A DNA stretch of 63,611 nucleotides, counting the filler, from Sanchytrium tribonematis (Eukaryota): the NCBI GenBank assembly GCA_018985235.1. It is 25 parts of 25 records of this genome, joined end to end, with 100 filler letters (N's around TTAATTAATTAA, not from the genome) between each part and the next. Parts side by side here need not be neighbours in the genome. Positions count along the whole stretch, not along the records: positions 9,681 to 27,866 come from JADGIG010000118.1; positions 27,967 to 29,777 come from JADGIG010001198.1; positions 29,878 to 31,686 come from JADGIG010001199.1; positions 31,787 to 33,591 come from JADGIG010001200.1; positions 33,692 to 35,493 come from JADGIG010001201.1; 20 more parts are not named here. One strand, 5' to 3'. This document shows, piece by piece, positions 23,274-34,005 of the stretch (positions within the stretch are counted from its first letter, which is position 1; every line of letters begins with the position of its first letter). Below the pieces are notes generated by a model. That model searched no databases. It had not been told where the DNA came from and saw only the letters and a list, made by a program, of their open reading frames with translations. The position numbers and the translations under genes were made by a program.

Positions 23274-24401
23274 TTATTTTCCACTCTGAACAGCTCTTCT
23301 TGCCATCTCAGCGTTTTTAATCTTTTGCGCTAATGTAAGTGGTTTTGGGGATTCACTGGTAAGCGTGTTTGACGAAAGAATACCCTCAAACTCCGACGGA
23401 TTACTGTCGTCCGAAGATTTACCCGGTGCGTTAATATTTGTCCTTCTCTTTTCTTCTGCTGCATTTAAATTTTGAACACTTTCAACTTCATCTAAGAATG
23501 GTGCAATGTTCCTCTGTGGGTCTCTATTGAGTGCTTCTTGAGGCGTCATTTTCCTTGTAGTCACTTCAAAAGATGCCATTGGATGATCTGTATAGTGTAC
23601 GGTACTAAAAATGCTATTTCCATCTATGACTTGAGTCATGTCGCCGCTATAGAATATTAAGTGATCTATTACTAATCTTTCACGGTCTCCTTCATGTTTA
23701 GTCCACTGAAAATCACCCAATAAAATATTTAGATATCTATTATTTAACCAAGCATCTTCATTTGACTTCAAAATATCTAATAAATCAAATTGATTTAGAT
23801 TAAAATCGCCAGAAATAATAAAATTCAAATGATTCGGTTGCTGGCTTAAAAAGTTCATCAAATCACTAAAATCCTTCATCGCCTTGTTTTTGTGAAAATG
23901 AACATTAATATCATAGTATGTCACACCATTTACCATAAAAGGTAGCACGATAGATCTTCTCACATTTAAATTTGAGTCTAATTTAATTGATGATGGTTTT
24001 TTTGGATCAATTTGACTTGCTTTAACAGGATCATTTTCACGATCAATTTGTTTCTTTTCTACGCCAATAGGATGGACATATTTTCGATTAAATAAAATGG
24101 CATTCACGTGAAAATTGGGGCTAGTTGTAAATTGTGTAAAGTCGTAAACATAATCCCATTTTTCACCATTTTGATTTAGTATAGAAATAAGTGCTTCGAT
24201 TGTTGCTCTTGGACTTGTGTTGATAATTTCTTGTAAATTAACAACATGAGCTCCTGAATTAAGGATACTAGCTGAGATAGAATTAATCTTGCTTTCCCAC
24301 TCTTTTTTTAGTCTTTTGCTACCAGAAGAATTGATATCAAGATTTTGAACATTTAGAGTGCTTATTCGGATTTGTGCGAACAATAATAGAATTAGGATCA
24401 T
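23274..24401 (-). CDS. Secreted EEP protein 4 (most divergent)
   Basis: MILILLLFA leader; STLNVQN, VNLQE, NVHF, SGDFN, IDHL and TDHP motifs. Confidence 0.87.
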   Translation of the reverse strand: MILILLLFAQIRISTLNVQNLDINSSGSKRLKKEWESKINSISASILNSGAHVVNLQEIINTSPRATIEALISILNQNGEKWDYVYDFTQFTTSPNFHVNAILFNRKYVHPIGVEKKQIDRENDPVKASQIDPKKPSSIKLDSNLNVRRSIVLPFMVNGVTYYDINVHFHKNKAMKDFSDLMNFLSQQPNHLNFIISGDFNLNQFDLLDILKSNEDAWLNNRYLNILLGDFQWTKHEGDRERLVIDHLIFYSGDMTQVIDGNSIFSTVHYTDHPMASFEVTTRKMTPQEALNRDPQRNIAPFLDEVESVQNLNAAEEKRRTNINAPGKSSDDSNPSEFEGILSSNTLTSESPKPLTLAQKIKNAEMARRAVQSGK

Positions 24402-24936
24402 CTAGTATCGAAAAGGGGATTCCCGTTTTAAATGGGTTCCATTTCACGACACAGTGTCTGTTAATCTCTTTTCAGATTCTGTGATTTGCAAAGAAAGTCT
24501 TGGATTTCTTCGAATCCTAATTCAAAAGCAATTACATACAATCTATATTTTAATTTATTCATTTAAAATGGCATACATTCATTAATAATCCATGCCCAAT
24601 ACACATTTTTATCATTTAATGAGACATATCCCATTTTAATGTAATAATTGGCATACGCTTGACAAGAAACCAACGATAATGCATTTACAATTCCCATAAA
24701 CAACATCTCCACGTCATAGAATGCATACTATTTAAATGAATCCTTGTGATTGCAGCGTTAAATTGACTGGTTCAAATTTGGACAATCCGCTTGACATTGG
24801 TGATTGATTGGTTCCATTTTTAATGAATGAATCCTGGGTTCATTTGCAATCCCTATGACATAGCAATTTCATTTATTTATAAATTGAATTGAGACGTGAT
24901 GTCTTGTAACGTCATTCATGTGAAACATTGAGAGAA

Positions 24937-25560
24937 ATGAAAGTGATTTTGATGCTGGGTTATTTCATTATTGGCTGTATTTCAATCACATATGCATGCA
25001 CTATATTATCCATGTATTTCAAATCACCCACTACATATCCAATAAATATCAAATTGGGATTTTTGAGCTTATTTAGTGGAATATTCCATTTATCAACCAG
25101 TTTGACGGGATATCTCTATTATAAACACAAATTAGAGTATCTACGGACTATATCTGTGTATTCTACATTCACGGCATTGTGTATTGGGATCATTGGATTA
25201 TTTTATGATGATTTGTTATATAGATTATTAATGGGATGTCAATTACTCATTTCTATAGCAATTGGGATGTATTTTATCATTCATAAAACCAATTCTCTGG
25301 TCAATGGGAGTATCGTGACTGACAATATGCAAGAATCTCATTTAGATGCAAATAAACAGCCATTAAGTGCAAAATCTATGAAAATTGATACGAAATTGAA
25401 TAATGTGATGAATGATATTGCTGATTTTATTAAAGTAGAACAGATATTTGAGAAATCACCTGTCAAATCTCCATTAAAATCACCTTCTAGTGCGACAAAT
25501 ACGAATAAAGGAGAATTAAGAAGATCTATGAGGATTAAAAATCAATCGTTTACTCAATAA
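24937..25560 (+). CDS. Four-TM membrane protein with SP-rich basic tail
   Basis: Four hydrophobic segments; tail SPVKSPLKSP..LRRSMRIK. Confidence 0.65.
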   Translation: MKVILMLGYFIIGCISITYACTILSMYFKSPTTYPINIKLGFLSLFSGIFHLSTSLTGYLYYKHKLEYLRTISVYSTFTALCIGIIGLFYDDLLYRLLMGCQLLISIAIGMYFIIHKTNSLVNGSIVTDNMQESHLDANKQPLSAKSMKIDTKLNNVMNDIADFIKVEQIFEKSPVKSPLKSPSSATNTNKGELRRSMRIKNQSFTQ

Positions 25561-25571
25561 ATTGATTTTAT

Positions 25572-26156
25572 TTATTCCAAATATTGCTTATTCAGTCGTT
25601 CACTATTAATTTCAGTTCTGAGATGATTAATTTTGTGTTGAAGTACTTCTTGCACCTCCACTATTTCATTTACAAATTGTAGAATAGCCATTAATTCATC
25701 TTGACTAGTTTGTTCGTTCACTTTTGATATCAAAAATAATAATTGATAGATTAATTGGATACATTGTATTGGTTAGTCATTATTGAAAATTTTAGTTAAC
25801 TCGCCATCATGAGTGAAACTGTTGTATTGATTTTCAACTCTAGATTTTGAAAATCTTGAAATAATTTGCGTTTGAGAATGTTTGCTGTAAAACAAATTCC
25901 ATATCTCCATAATAGCACGTAAATCGTGCGTATTTAATGATACTAGATGGGTCATTAGTATAAAGATGTCATTATTTAGTGTGTCATCTTTTATAAAAGA
26001 ATGAAGAGCGTCACCTGGATTTACATCAAAATTATAGGCTAGATACTTTTCAAAGGATTTCTGGACCTTGAAATGCGTCATTTTATCTTGATTGTGCTGT
26101 TCCAATGATCTTTTGGAAAGAAAGGCAAGTGTAATTGTTAAAAGTAAAAGAAACAT
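25572..26156 (-). pseudogene. Secreted hypothetical protein with an in-frame TAA at 25773
   Basis: Leader MFLLLLTITLA. The frame stays open for 66 more codons after the stop and ends at GAATAAATAAA. Confidence 0.55.
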
Positions 26157-26240
26157 TTTTGAGGGGTGAGGGGGCCAAATTGTTTTTCTAGATTCTTTTA
26201 GAACAGATAGAGCAAATTACTGGGTCTATTTATTGCTTGC

Positions 26241-26712
<472 letters not shown>

Positions 26713-26910
26713 TTTTTATAAAATCTAAATGAGCGTGATTTGGCCTATGTTGAGTATAAATAAAAATTAATGACTTGAGATGACTCAGAGATGTTAATAC
26801 GTCTTCAAAATATCAATTACTGAAATTATGAGTGATTTATCGCATGAAAAGTAATGAAAATAGAAATTGACTTTGAAACATGCTTTGGAAATAAATCAGA
26901 TAGATTTCAT

Positions 26911-27564
26911 TTATTTTAATCGATTTCTTGGTGATTCAAGTTGTGTACTACGTGCACTATTGGGGGTATTGATAGCTGATGGTCCTTTCTCCAAGTTTGG
27001 AGTCAAATTTTTAGATTTTCCAACATTTTCGTGTTCATTAACGACATCGTCAACATCTCTTGCAGATTTCTGATTATTTTGATTAAATTTGGAAGAGTCA
27101 ATCGATATAGTAGGATATTTTGAATCCTCTTGGTCAAATGCGGTTCCCGTAATTGCAGAATGCATCATTGGGATGAGAGATCCATTCACGCAGCATACGA
27201 ATAACATCACCATCAATATCATGTTTCTAGAAATCATATAAATAGCAATGCATCCCAGCGCAACAGCTAGAAACAAAAATAAATCCCTGGTTTGTTTATA
27301 AATGCGCTTGTTGTTGTTTAAATATAAATATCCGCTACACCCAGTTAGTATGTAGAGCATACTGATTGTAATAGAGGTGCTACCGTATAATAAAGAGTCA
27401 AATTGAGTTTGACAAGTTGCTTCGAAGGAAGGTTCCCAACCAACTCGTCTACAATAATCTGGCGAGGTTGAGGTTAAAGAAAATTGATACATTGCATAAG
27501 CGAATAATACGCAACCTTGTAAAATGTAGAGCAGATCGAATCTAAAGATTTGAGAAGGTTTCAT
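26911..27564 (-). CDS. Four-TM membrane protein, likely distant paralog of 24937..25560
   Basis: Four hydrophobic segments, a shared (S/T)GYLY after TM2, and an S/T-P tail. Confidence 0.6.
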   Translation of the reverse strand: MKPSQIFRFDLLYILQGCVLFAYAMYQFSLTSTSPDYCRRVGWEPSFEATCQTQFDSLLYGSTSITISMLYILTGCSGYLYLNNNKRIYKQTRDLFLFLAVALGCIAIYMISRNMILMVMLFVCCVNGSLIPMMHSAITGTAFDQEDSKYPTISIDSSKFNQNNQKSARDVDDVVNEHENVGKSKNLTPNLEKGPSAINTPNSARSTQLESPRNRLK

Positions 27565-27602
27565 ATGTTTCAGATAAATTGAAAGATATTTATTTTATTC
27601 AA

Positions 27603-27866
27603 CTACTTTAATAAATCATTAATATGCTTGATAGCAGTTCCTCGCTGCTTTGGTTTCTGTTCTGATCCCTTTTTCCATCCAATAAAATAAATAATTTGGA
27701 AAGTAGCTGGAATTTGTTTGCCATTTCCATACATGGCAGAATAAATGCTACTAGCAGCCATTAATACATCTTTACGCATATGATTTTTTCTATTGAATAA
27801 TGCATTTCGTTCTCCCATTAATTCCAAATCCTGCAATAATTCAAAAATGGAGGGAAATTGAATGGT
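27603..27866 (-). CDS. NDUFAF5: NDUFAF5 (complex I assembly factor), C-terminal fragment
   Basis: LLQDLELMGERNA..IY..MYG..IPATFQIIYFIGWK..QKPKQRG. Confidence 0.85.
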   Translation of the reverse strand, partial: TIQFPSIFELLQDLELMGERNALFNRKNHMRKDVLMAASSIYSAMYGNGKQIPATFQIIYFIGWKKGSEQKPKQRGTAIKHINDLLK

Positions 27867-27966
27867 NNNNNNNNNNNNNNNNNNNNNNNNNNNNNNNNNN
27901 NNNNNNNNNNTTAATTAATTAANNNNNNNNNNNNNNNNNNNNNNNNNNNNNNNNNNNNNNNNNNNN

Positions 27967-28653
27967 ACGGAGACAGAAGAAAGATTGCAACACCATCAAG
28001 AGAAATATGAAGAAACTTTACAAGAAATGATGGCTAGAATGGAAGATTTAAATGGCAATCAAATGTACCACATGAACCGAATTAAAGATTTTATCAAATG
28101 TCAACGTGATTACTACTTGAAGAATATCCAATTACTTGACAGATTGACTGAAAAAATAGAAAATTCAACTGAAACTGAGGAGATCAGACAAGTTGGGGGA
28201 CTTGCAAATGTTCATGGCAGAATGACGACTCAAAATAGATCTAAAACATTAGATGATTTGAGTCCTGTTGAAATCAATGAGATCAAATCTCGTCAAGCTA
28301 GTCGATCTACCGTTGATTCAGGCATTTCAAAGAGTGATTCTAAATTTAGTGTTTTTGAGGACCCTGTTCAATCTCAACCTGCCAAACCATTCCAATCTGC
28401 CCCTATGATCTCTGAAATGGTTAATAATTTCAATAATGCCACTAAACCCGTAGTCCCACCTGCATTGCACAAATCTACTCAAAATCGATTAAAAGTATTA
28501 TTTGATTTTGATGCGGAACATCCTAATGAAATGAGTATTAAAAAGGGAGAATTCTTGACATTATTGGAAGAGAATAAAAGTGGATGGTGGAAAGGGAAGA
28601 AAATGAATGGAATGGAGGGATTATTTCCTGGCAATTACGTGGAGAAATGTTAG
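27967..28653 (+). CDS. BAR-SH3 (endophilin-like) protein, C-terminal fragment
   Basis: Helical BAR-like end, then SH3 VLFDFDAEHPNEMSIKKGE..GWWKG..GLFPGNYV. Confidence 0.8.
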   Translation, partial: TETEERLQHHQEKYEETLQEMMARMEDLNGNQMYHMNRIKDFIKCQRDYYLKNIQLLDRLTEKIENSTETEEIRQVGGLANVHGRMTTQNRSKTLDDLSPVEINEIKSRQASRSTVDSGISKSDSKFSVFEDPVQSQPAKPFQSAPMISEMVNNFNNATKPVVPPALHKSTQNRLKVLFDFDAEHPNEMSIKKGEFLTLLEENKSGWWKGKKMNGMEGLFPGNYVEKC

Positions 28654-28979
28654 TAAATTTGGATTATTTTAAGATTCGATCTCTAATACGATCATCATTG
28701 TGAATCACTTGTGAAATCTGAGAGTTAATTTACCGATATTAAAACAGGTCTGTGAATCCTAATTAAAATGATGTGGGAGCCATTTTCAGAGTAGGCACTG
28801 GTTTAAATTATTCAATTATTCAATCATTTTAATCCATCTTCCGAAATTTTACAGATCCTGTCCAGATTCCTGCGAGATCTGAGAATTAATATGTGTCTAT
28901 TGGTTTAGACCTGTTATTTATACATTGACCTGTGTAAATCTGAGAGAGGGTTTATAAGCAACAGGATGCAGTGATTGAT

Positions 28980-29390
28980 ATGATTTGGATCACGATATTA
29001 TTTGCAGCATTAAATCCAGATTACACTTTAGCAAATTTTGAGACCATAAAACATGCTATACTTCAACATCCAGGAGATTTCTCTGCGATTGAATCGTCAT
29101 TAAGCGCTATGCAGCTAAATATTTGGAATCAAATGGGTCAACCTACTCAAAAAACTAAATTCGAACAAGGAATGAATAGTGTCCTTGCAAAATTGAAATT
29201 GAAGAATTTTTTGGCAAATTCACCAAAAATAGCCGCTAAATCTTTAGAAAGAGATTTTAGAAGGGGTCTTGCACCCGCTCAAGTCGGTGCTACTTTTTCT
29301 CCAACACCACGACTACAGATCATAAGAACTGACCAAGGCGTTCGTAGAGTACTTCAAAGGACTCCCAAGAGAGTGGTTCTACCAAAATAA
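28980..29390 (+). CDS. Small secreted hypothetical protein with basic tail
   Basis: Leader MIWITILFAA; Arg-rich C-terminus. Confidence 0.6.
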   Translation: MIWITILFAALNPDYTLANFETIKHAILQHPGDFSAIESSLSAMQLNIWNQMGQPTQKTKFEQGMNSVLAKLKLKNFLANSPKIAAKSLERDFRRGLAPAQVGATFSPTPRLQIIRTDQGVRRVLQRTPKRVVLPK

Positions 29391-29396
29391 ATAACT

Positions 29397-29777
29397 AACC
29401 CTGATCCCACAAATCAAAATCCAGTCATTTGATTGGCCATGATTTCATTTCTTTGCCTCAAAACAGAATACCCCTCCCAAATCCAATGCAATTGCAATTC
29501 AACAAACATTTACATTTAAAATCAATTGCAACAATCACCACATTCTCCATATTATCATCTAAATTATACATTGTCTATCATTTATATGGCATTTCTTTGT
29601 ACATTTTCAGCACATTCACTCTAGATGTCATTTATTCAGCATTATTCACCATTATGATCTATTATCTACCCTATTTATCCATATTATCCATTTTAATATT
29701 ATTTGCAAATGCATTATCGATTTGCGTTGTCTCAGAAACACGCACCATGATTGATTTTGATTTGTGGGATCAGGGTT
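29397..29777. mobile_element. MITE-like segment bounded by a perfect 25-bp inverted repeat
   Basis: AACCCTGATCCCACAAATCAAAATC (29397-29421) and its reverse complement (29753-29777). The right flank is lost in the gap. Confidence 0.6.
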
Positions 29778-29977
29778 NNNNNNNNNNNNNNNNNNNNNNN
29801 NNNNNNNNNNNNNNNNNNNNNTTAATTAATTAANNNNNNNNNNNNNNNNNNNNNNNNNNNNNNNNNNNNNNNNNNNNCCAACTTTAACACAATGCCTCGA
29901 GGAGCTAATCAAAGACAAACCAGAAGACCCAGTGCGATTTCTTGGCAATTTGCTTATAAAATTTGGTGATAAATAAA

Positions 29978-31255
29978 TCAGTTCACAGTAATGAGTATTA
30001 ACATTAAGAGTTCAAGACTTACTCTATCAGCCTTTGAATAAAGCATTATATTGAATTGGTCTGATGGGTTCATGATTCCAGTTCCTAACCGGCGTTTTTT
30101 TTCAAGTAAAGCAATAGCCTCATAAAATTTTCTATTTAAGTCTGTCAAATTTAACTCTTCTGCACATCGATCTCCGACGAGACTCAAATTAGATCCAACG
30201 CTACTAGTTTTTAGCTGCTCAGCTGCTTCAATAGCAAATTTCATACAAACGTCAGGAATTGGAATATAAGTTGTTTGAAACTCTCTCTCACTTGGCTTCG
30301 ACAGGATAGAAAAAGATCCACCATTGCCGTTAAGACTGTTAATATGATCATATTGCAAATTTGGCCCATATGCATCTTGGGAAATCGGACTATTATATCC
30401 ATCAATATTTACGGTCGAGGTCTTACTTCCCATATCAACTCCATTTGCATTTATACTTAGCCTGTCTTTATCTTGTATCAAAGACGGGCGAAGGCTGTTT
30501 TCAATTGATTGAATCATGCCTTTAATAATACCTTTCAGAGCTTTTTTGCCAGACGCTTCCGAGTCACTTAAAATTCCAAGCTCCACAGCTCTATCTCCAA
30601 CCTCGCCCATCTCAGTCAGATTCCAAATAGCCTGTATAATAAATGGAACACTGGGAGACTGCCCTCTGTAAGGATTATAGTCATTTGAAACTTTCTCAAA
30701 ATCATCTTTGTCGCTGTAGAACTTAAAATCAGCCAAGCTTAAAGTAGAGCCAGAAGGTGGATCGTCTTTTATCACAAAATCTACACAGGTTGCGTAATCT
30801 CTTGGTTCTAACGAATAGGCATAGTATTGTAAAAAACAACCATCCTCACATTTGGGAAAATTTTCTGGAATTTTGAACTTGAGGCCTTGGCGTGTAAAGC
30901 CGCTTCCACAAGGCGTGAGCGGCAATACTTGAAAGACTTTTGTTTGATTCCCTTGAGGTTTTACCATATTCAATTCACAAAATGACGCGTGTGGATTATT
31001 CCATTGATTTTGGAATTCTATCTCGTCTCCTCTCTTCCAAATTATCGGGCTTGGCATTTTGGGAGAGAGCCTACAAGGTAATAAGTCTACCCTTGTTTCT
31101 CCCGGTTGTTTGGTTTTTTGTTGATTGACAATGTTTGCTTCTTGTTGTTGGTTAGGCACCTGGTTTTTTATTCCTAGGTATGGACCCATTGGCGCTGCCC
31201 TTCCATTTGGGGTAGTCATTTGAGTATCGCCATATGCTTTCAATAAAAAAATCAT
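29978..31255 (-). CDS. Secreted, probably membrane/GPI-anchored protein with a Cys-containing, possibly LPMO-like N-terminal domain
   Basis: Short leader, NNPHASFCELN, FKIPENFPKCEDGCFLQYY..DYATCVDF, and a hydrophobic C-terminus. Confidence 0.55.
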   Translation of the reverse strand: MIFLLKAYGDTQMTTPNGRAAPMGPYLGIKNQVPNQQQEANIVNQQKTKQPGETRVDLLPCRLSPKMPSPIIWKRGDEIEFQNQWNNPHASFCELNMVKPQGNQTKVFQVLPLTPCGSGFTRQGLKFKIPENFPKCEDGCFLQYYAYSLEPRDYATCVDFVIKDDPPSGSTLSLADFKFYSDKDDFEKVSNDYNPYRGQSPSVPFIIQAIWNLTEMGEVGDRAVELGILSDSEASGKKALKGIIKGMIQSIENSLRPSLIQDKDRLSINANGVDMGSKTSTVNIDGYNSPISQDAYGPNLQYDHINSLNGNGGSFSILSKPSEREFQTTYIPIPDVCMKFAIEAAEQLKTSSVGSNLSLVGDRCAEELNLTDLNRKFYEAIALLEKKRRLGTGIMNPSDQFNIMLYSKADRVSLELLMLILITVN

Positions 31256-31367
31256 ACAAAAAGAATTTGGGAATTTTTTAAATTAATAATATGCGAAAAC
31301 CTTGCACCAATCAGAAAAAAAAATTGGCAAAACCACAATGTCATTCTATTAAGGTTACTAACATTTA

Positions 31368-31686
31368 TTATCTATAAACATCTTCAAATTTTACGACAGC
31401 TGTAGGAAGGGACTTGACCATTTCTTTGGCAGTGACCTTGTCTTTTAGAAACACGTGAAAATGTCCATTATGGCCCGAAAGGCATCCGTCACATGGTCGT
31501 TTTACATAATATCCGATAACGTTCCCACAGATCATACAAAATACATCAAAAAGCGAACACCCACATGTCGCCCTCTTGAAATTTTGATCTTCAAGCTTAG
31601 AAGCATTAATGACTATGTCTGCGCTATAGAGAGATTTGGTGGGGTCGCTTAGAAGAGCAGATTGTGTAGATCTTGTAGTTAAAAGA
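31368..31686 (-). CDS. Second FAM72-family protein, C-terminal fragment (absent from ORF track)
   Basis: Manual translation: ALLSDPTKSLYSAD..CSLFDVFCMICGNVIGYYVKRPCDGCLSGHNGHFHVF. Confidence 0.8.
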
Positions 31687-31785
31687 NNNNNNNNNNNNNN
31701 NNNNNNNNNNNNNNNNNNNNNNNNNNNNNNTTAATTAATTAANNNNNNNNNNNNNNNNNNNNNNNNNNNNNNNNNNNNNNNNNNN

Positions 31786-32443
31786 NCTTGCTATATAGAT
31801 CCAATATGGTATCCCGTACATTATTCTTCAAATTTATCGAGTATTTTGGCACCAATATGGCATGATTGGGTTGATATCGAAATGAAGTCGGATGATCATC
31901 TAAAAGAATCACATTTCTCAAATATCGATTCAATTGCAATAAATCTTTAACATATTCATCTGGATCATTTTCGGTACCATCCCATTTGTATTTCCCATTC
32001 GAATATATCCAATCACAATTTGGTCTGTAAAATCGATGTTGAATATATCCATGTGGATCAATGATATCAATAATTGGATCTGCATAGCGTTGAGTGGATG
32101 CTGTAAATATGATTAATTCGTATTTAGAATGGTGTGCTTTTATGATTAAATCCATTGCAAATGGACGAATGTGTATTTTATAATATTCTATGTTGTGGTT
32201 ATTCGTGAATTTAATGCATTTAAATCGCTGTTGGTGGATGCATATATCATAGTCAGATCCTGTAATTGGTTGTGAGAGGATTAATGTGTCATCTAAATCC
32301 AATACGAGTGTTTTTTGATTAAATTTGGATGGTTTTAAAAAGAGAGGATTTTGAATATCATTTGCAAAATAATAGGATGTTGTATACTGAGTATCTGGAT
32401 TGGTACTAGTTGCAAATGCAATGATAATTGAAATCATCAACAT
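31786..32443 (-). CDS. Secreted FCP1/SCP (NIF) HAD phosphatase A, 3' truncated
   Basis: Leader MLMISIIIAFA; TLVLDLDDTL, IFTAS, YADPIID, YVKDL and LLDD motifs. Confidence 0.87.
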
Positions 32444-32549
32444 GAAAATACAGGGATCAATATGGGATAAAACAAATGACGTCACAACTGTGTACAAAAT
32501 GACACCATATTGTATCCCGTGATACATCATTTGACATGTCATTTGGTGA

Positions 32550-33224
32550 TCATGTGAGACCATTTGCACATCCACTGACTGCCTCATCACATGCATTCAA
32601 ATAGTTGTTTTTTAAATACTCTGGGACTGTCCCTTTATATTCCATTATTTCTGTTAAATGTGGAATGACATTCTTTAATTCATCATCATTAACTCTATTA
32701 TATGGTTTAACCTGAATAGCATTCTCTGGTTGATGTTGTATGACAAATGCATCATCATCTATTATTAATACATTATTTAAGTTTCTACCTAATATTCTCA
32801 AATCTTTAGAATATAATGATTCCCACCAGTGATATGTACAGTCTTTTCTATACAATCTATAGCTAATGATATTATCAGCTTCTAATAAATCTATAATTTG
32901 ATCTGCATATGGTTTTAATGCAGTTGTAAAAATAATGATTTCATAGTTTAATTCATGTGCTTTTTTAATGAGATCTATAGCATGTGGTCGGATATATACA
33001 CGGAGATAATATTGTATATTATCAACTTCTAAGTTGATTAACGAGAATCCCTCATTTTTCTCAAATTTGTATTTTTCATAATCTACTTTAGAAATTAATT
33101 GACCATTAATCAAAGTCAAATCTAAATCTAATACGAGTGTCTTGCTGTATTTCTTTGACATTTCCCCAATAGGTGGTTCATATCGACTGCTAAATAATGC
33201 AAATATCATGAAAATCATCATCAT
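32550..33224 (-). CDS. Secreted FCP1/SCP phosphatase B
   Basis: Leader MMMIFMIFALFS; TLVLDLDLTL, IFTTA, KDLRILGR, IIDD and QPENAI motifs. Confidence 0.87.
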   Translation of the reverse strand: MMMIFMIFALFSSRYEPPIGEMSKKYSKTLVLDLDLTLINGQLISKVDYEKYKFEKNEGFSLINLEVDNIQYYLRVYIRPHAIDLIKKAHELNYEIIIFTTALKPYADQIIDLLEADNIISYRLYRKDCTYHWWESLYSKDLRILGRNLNNVLIIDDDAFVIQHQPENAIQVKPYNRVNDDELKNVIPHLTEIMEYKGTVPEYLKNNYLNACDEAVSGCANGLT

Positions 33225-33266
33225 TTTTGCAAATACTCCTCTCGTTTAAATAGGGGATCCAATCAT

Positions 33267-33591
33267 TTATTGATGTAAACTCTCTAAAAATTGAAATTCT
33301 TCATACATTTTCAACAAGGTCTGATCTGCTTTATTATTCAAATAATATTCAGAATATTTGGGAATCAAACATTTGTTATTTTGTTGTGTCTCAAGAAATG
33401 AATAGACATTATCATCAATGAGTAAAATATTATCTATATTTTGATTCAATTTCGTCAAATCTTTTTGATACCAACTCAATTTACCATTTAAATACACGGG
33501 TGAACAATCTGATCTATAATATCGTCTTTTTACCAATTGATTTGGATCTATTAATTTCATAACAGCATCTGCATATGGCTGTAATGAAGCT
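33267..33591 (-). CDS. FCP1/SCP phosphatase C, C-terminal fragment
   Basis: ASLQPYADAV..RYYRSDC..KDLTKL..LLIDDN. Confidence 0.82.
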
Positions 33592-34005
33592 NNNNNNNNN
33601 NNNNNNNNNNNNNNNNNNNNNNNNNNNNNNNNNNNTTAATTAATTAANNNNNNNNNNNNNNNNNNNNNNNNNNNNNNNNNNNNNNNNNNNNAATGTGATG
33701 CGGCAACCTGGCAACATGCAAATTTGCGTCGGGGCATGATGCAACAAACATGGCATCGCGAGTGAATACCAAAAACACCCGAACTAGTTTGACCCTTTTC
33801 AGAGAAATGACGTGCTTCATTTAGTTTTAATTTGTTGCCATTTGTAACAAGTTTTAAAATGACCCGGAGTTTTGATTCTACAAAATTTAATTAGTTGAAA
33901 ACCAATGCAACCAATTAGAAAAGAACAAGGATGCAAAAACTCATAAAAACATTTCTTGCGCCAATTAAAAGTCGTATAAATAAATCAAAAGTTAATCATG
34001 TCTTT

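Noticed and set aside
33691..33850. RFX X-box-like palindromes (GTTGCCATTTGTAAC, GGCAACCTGGCAAC)
   Set aside because: The matches are imperfect and the gene they would control lies beyond the gap, so they cannot be supported.
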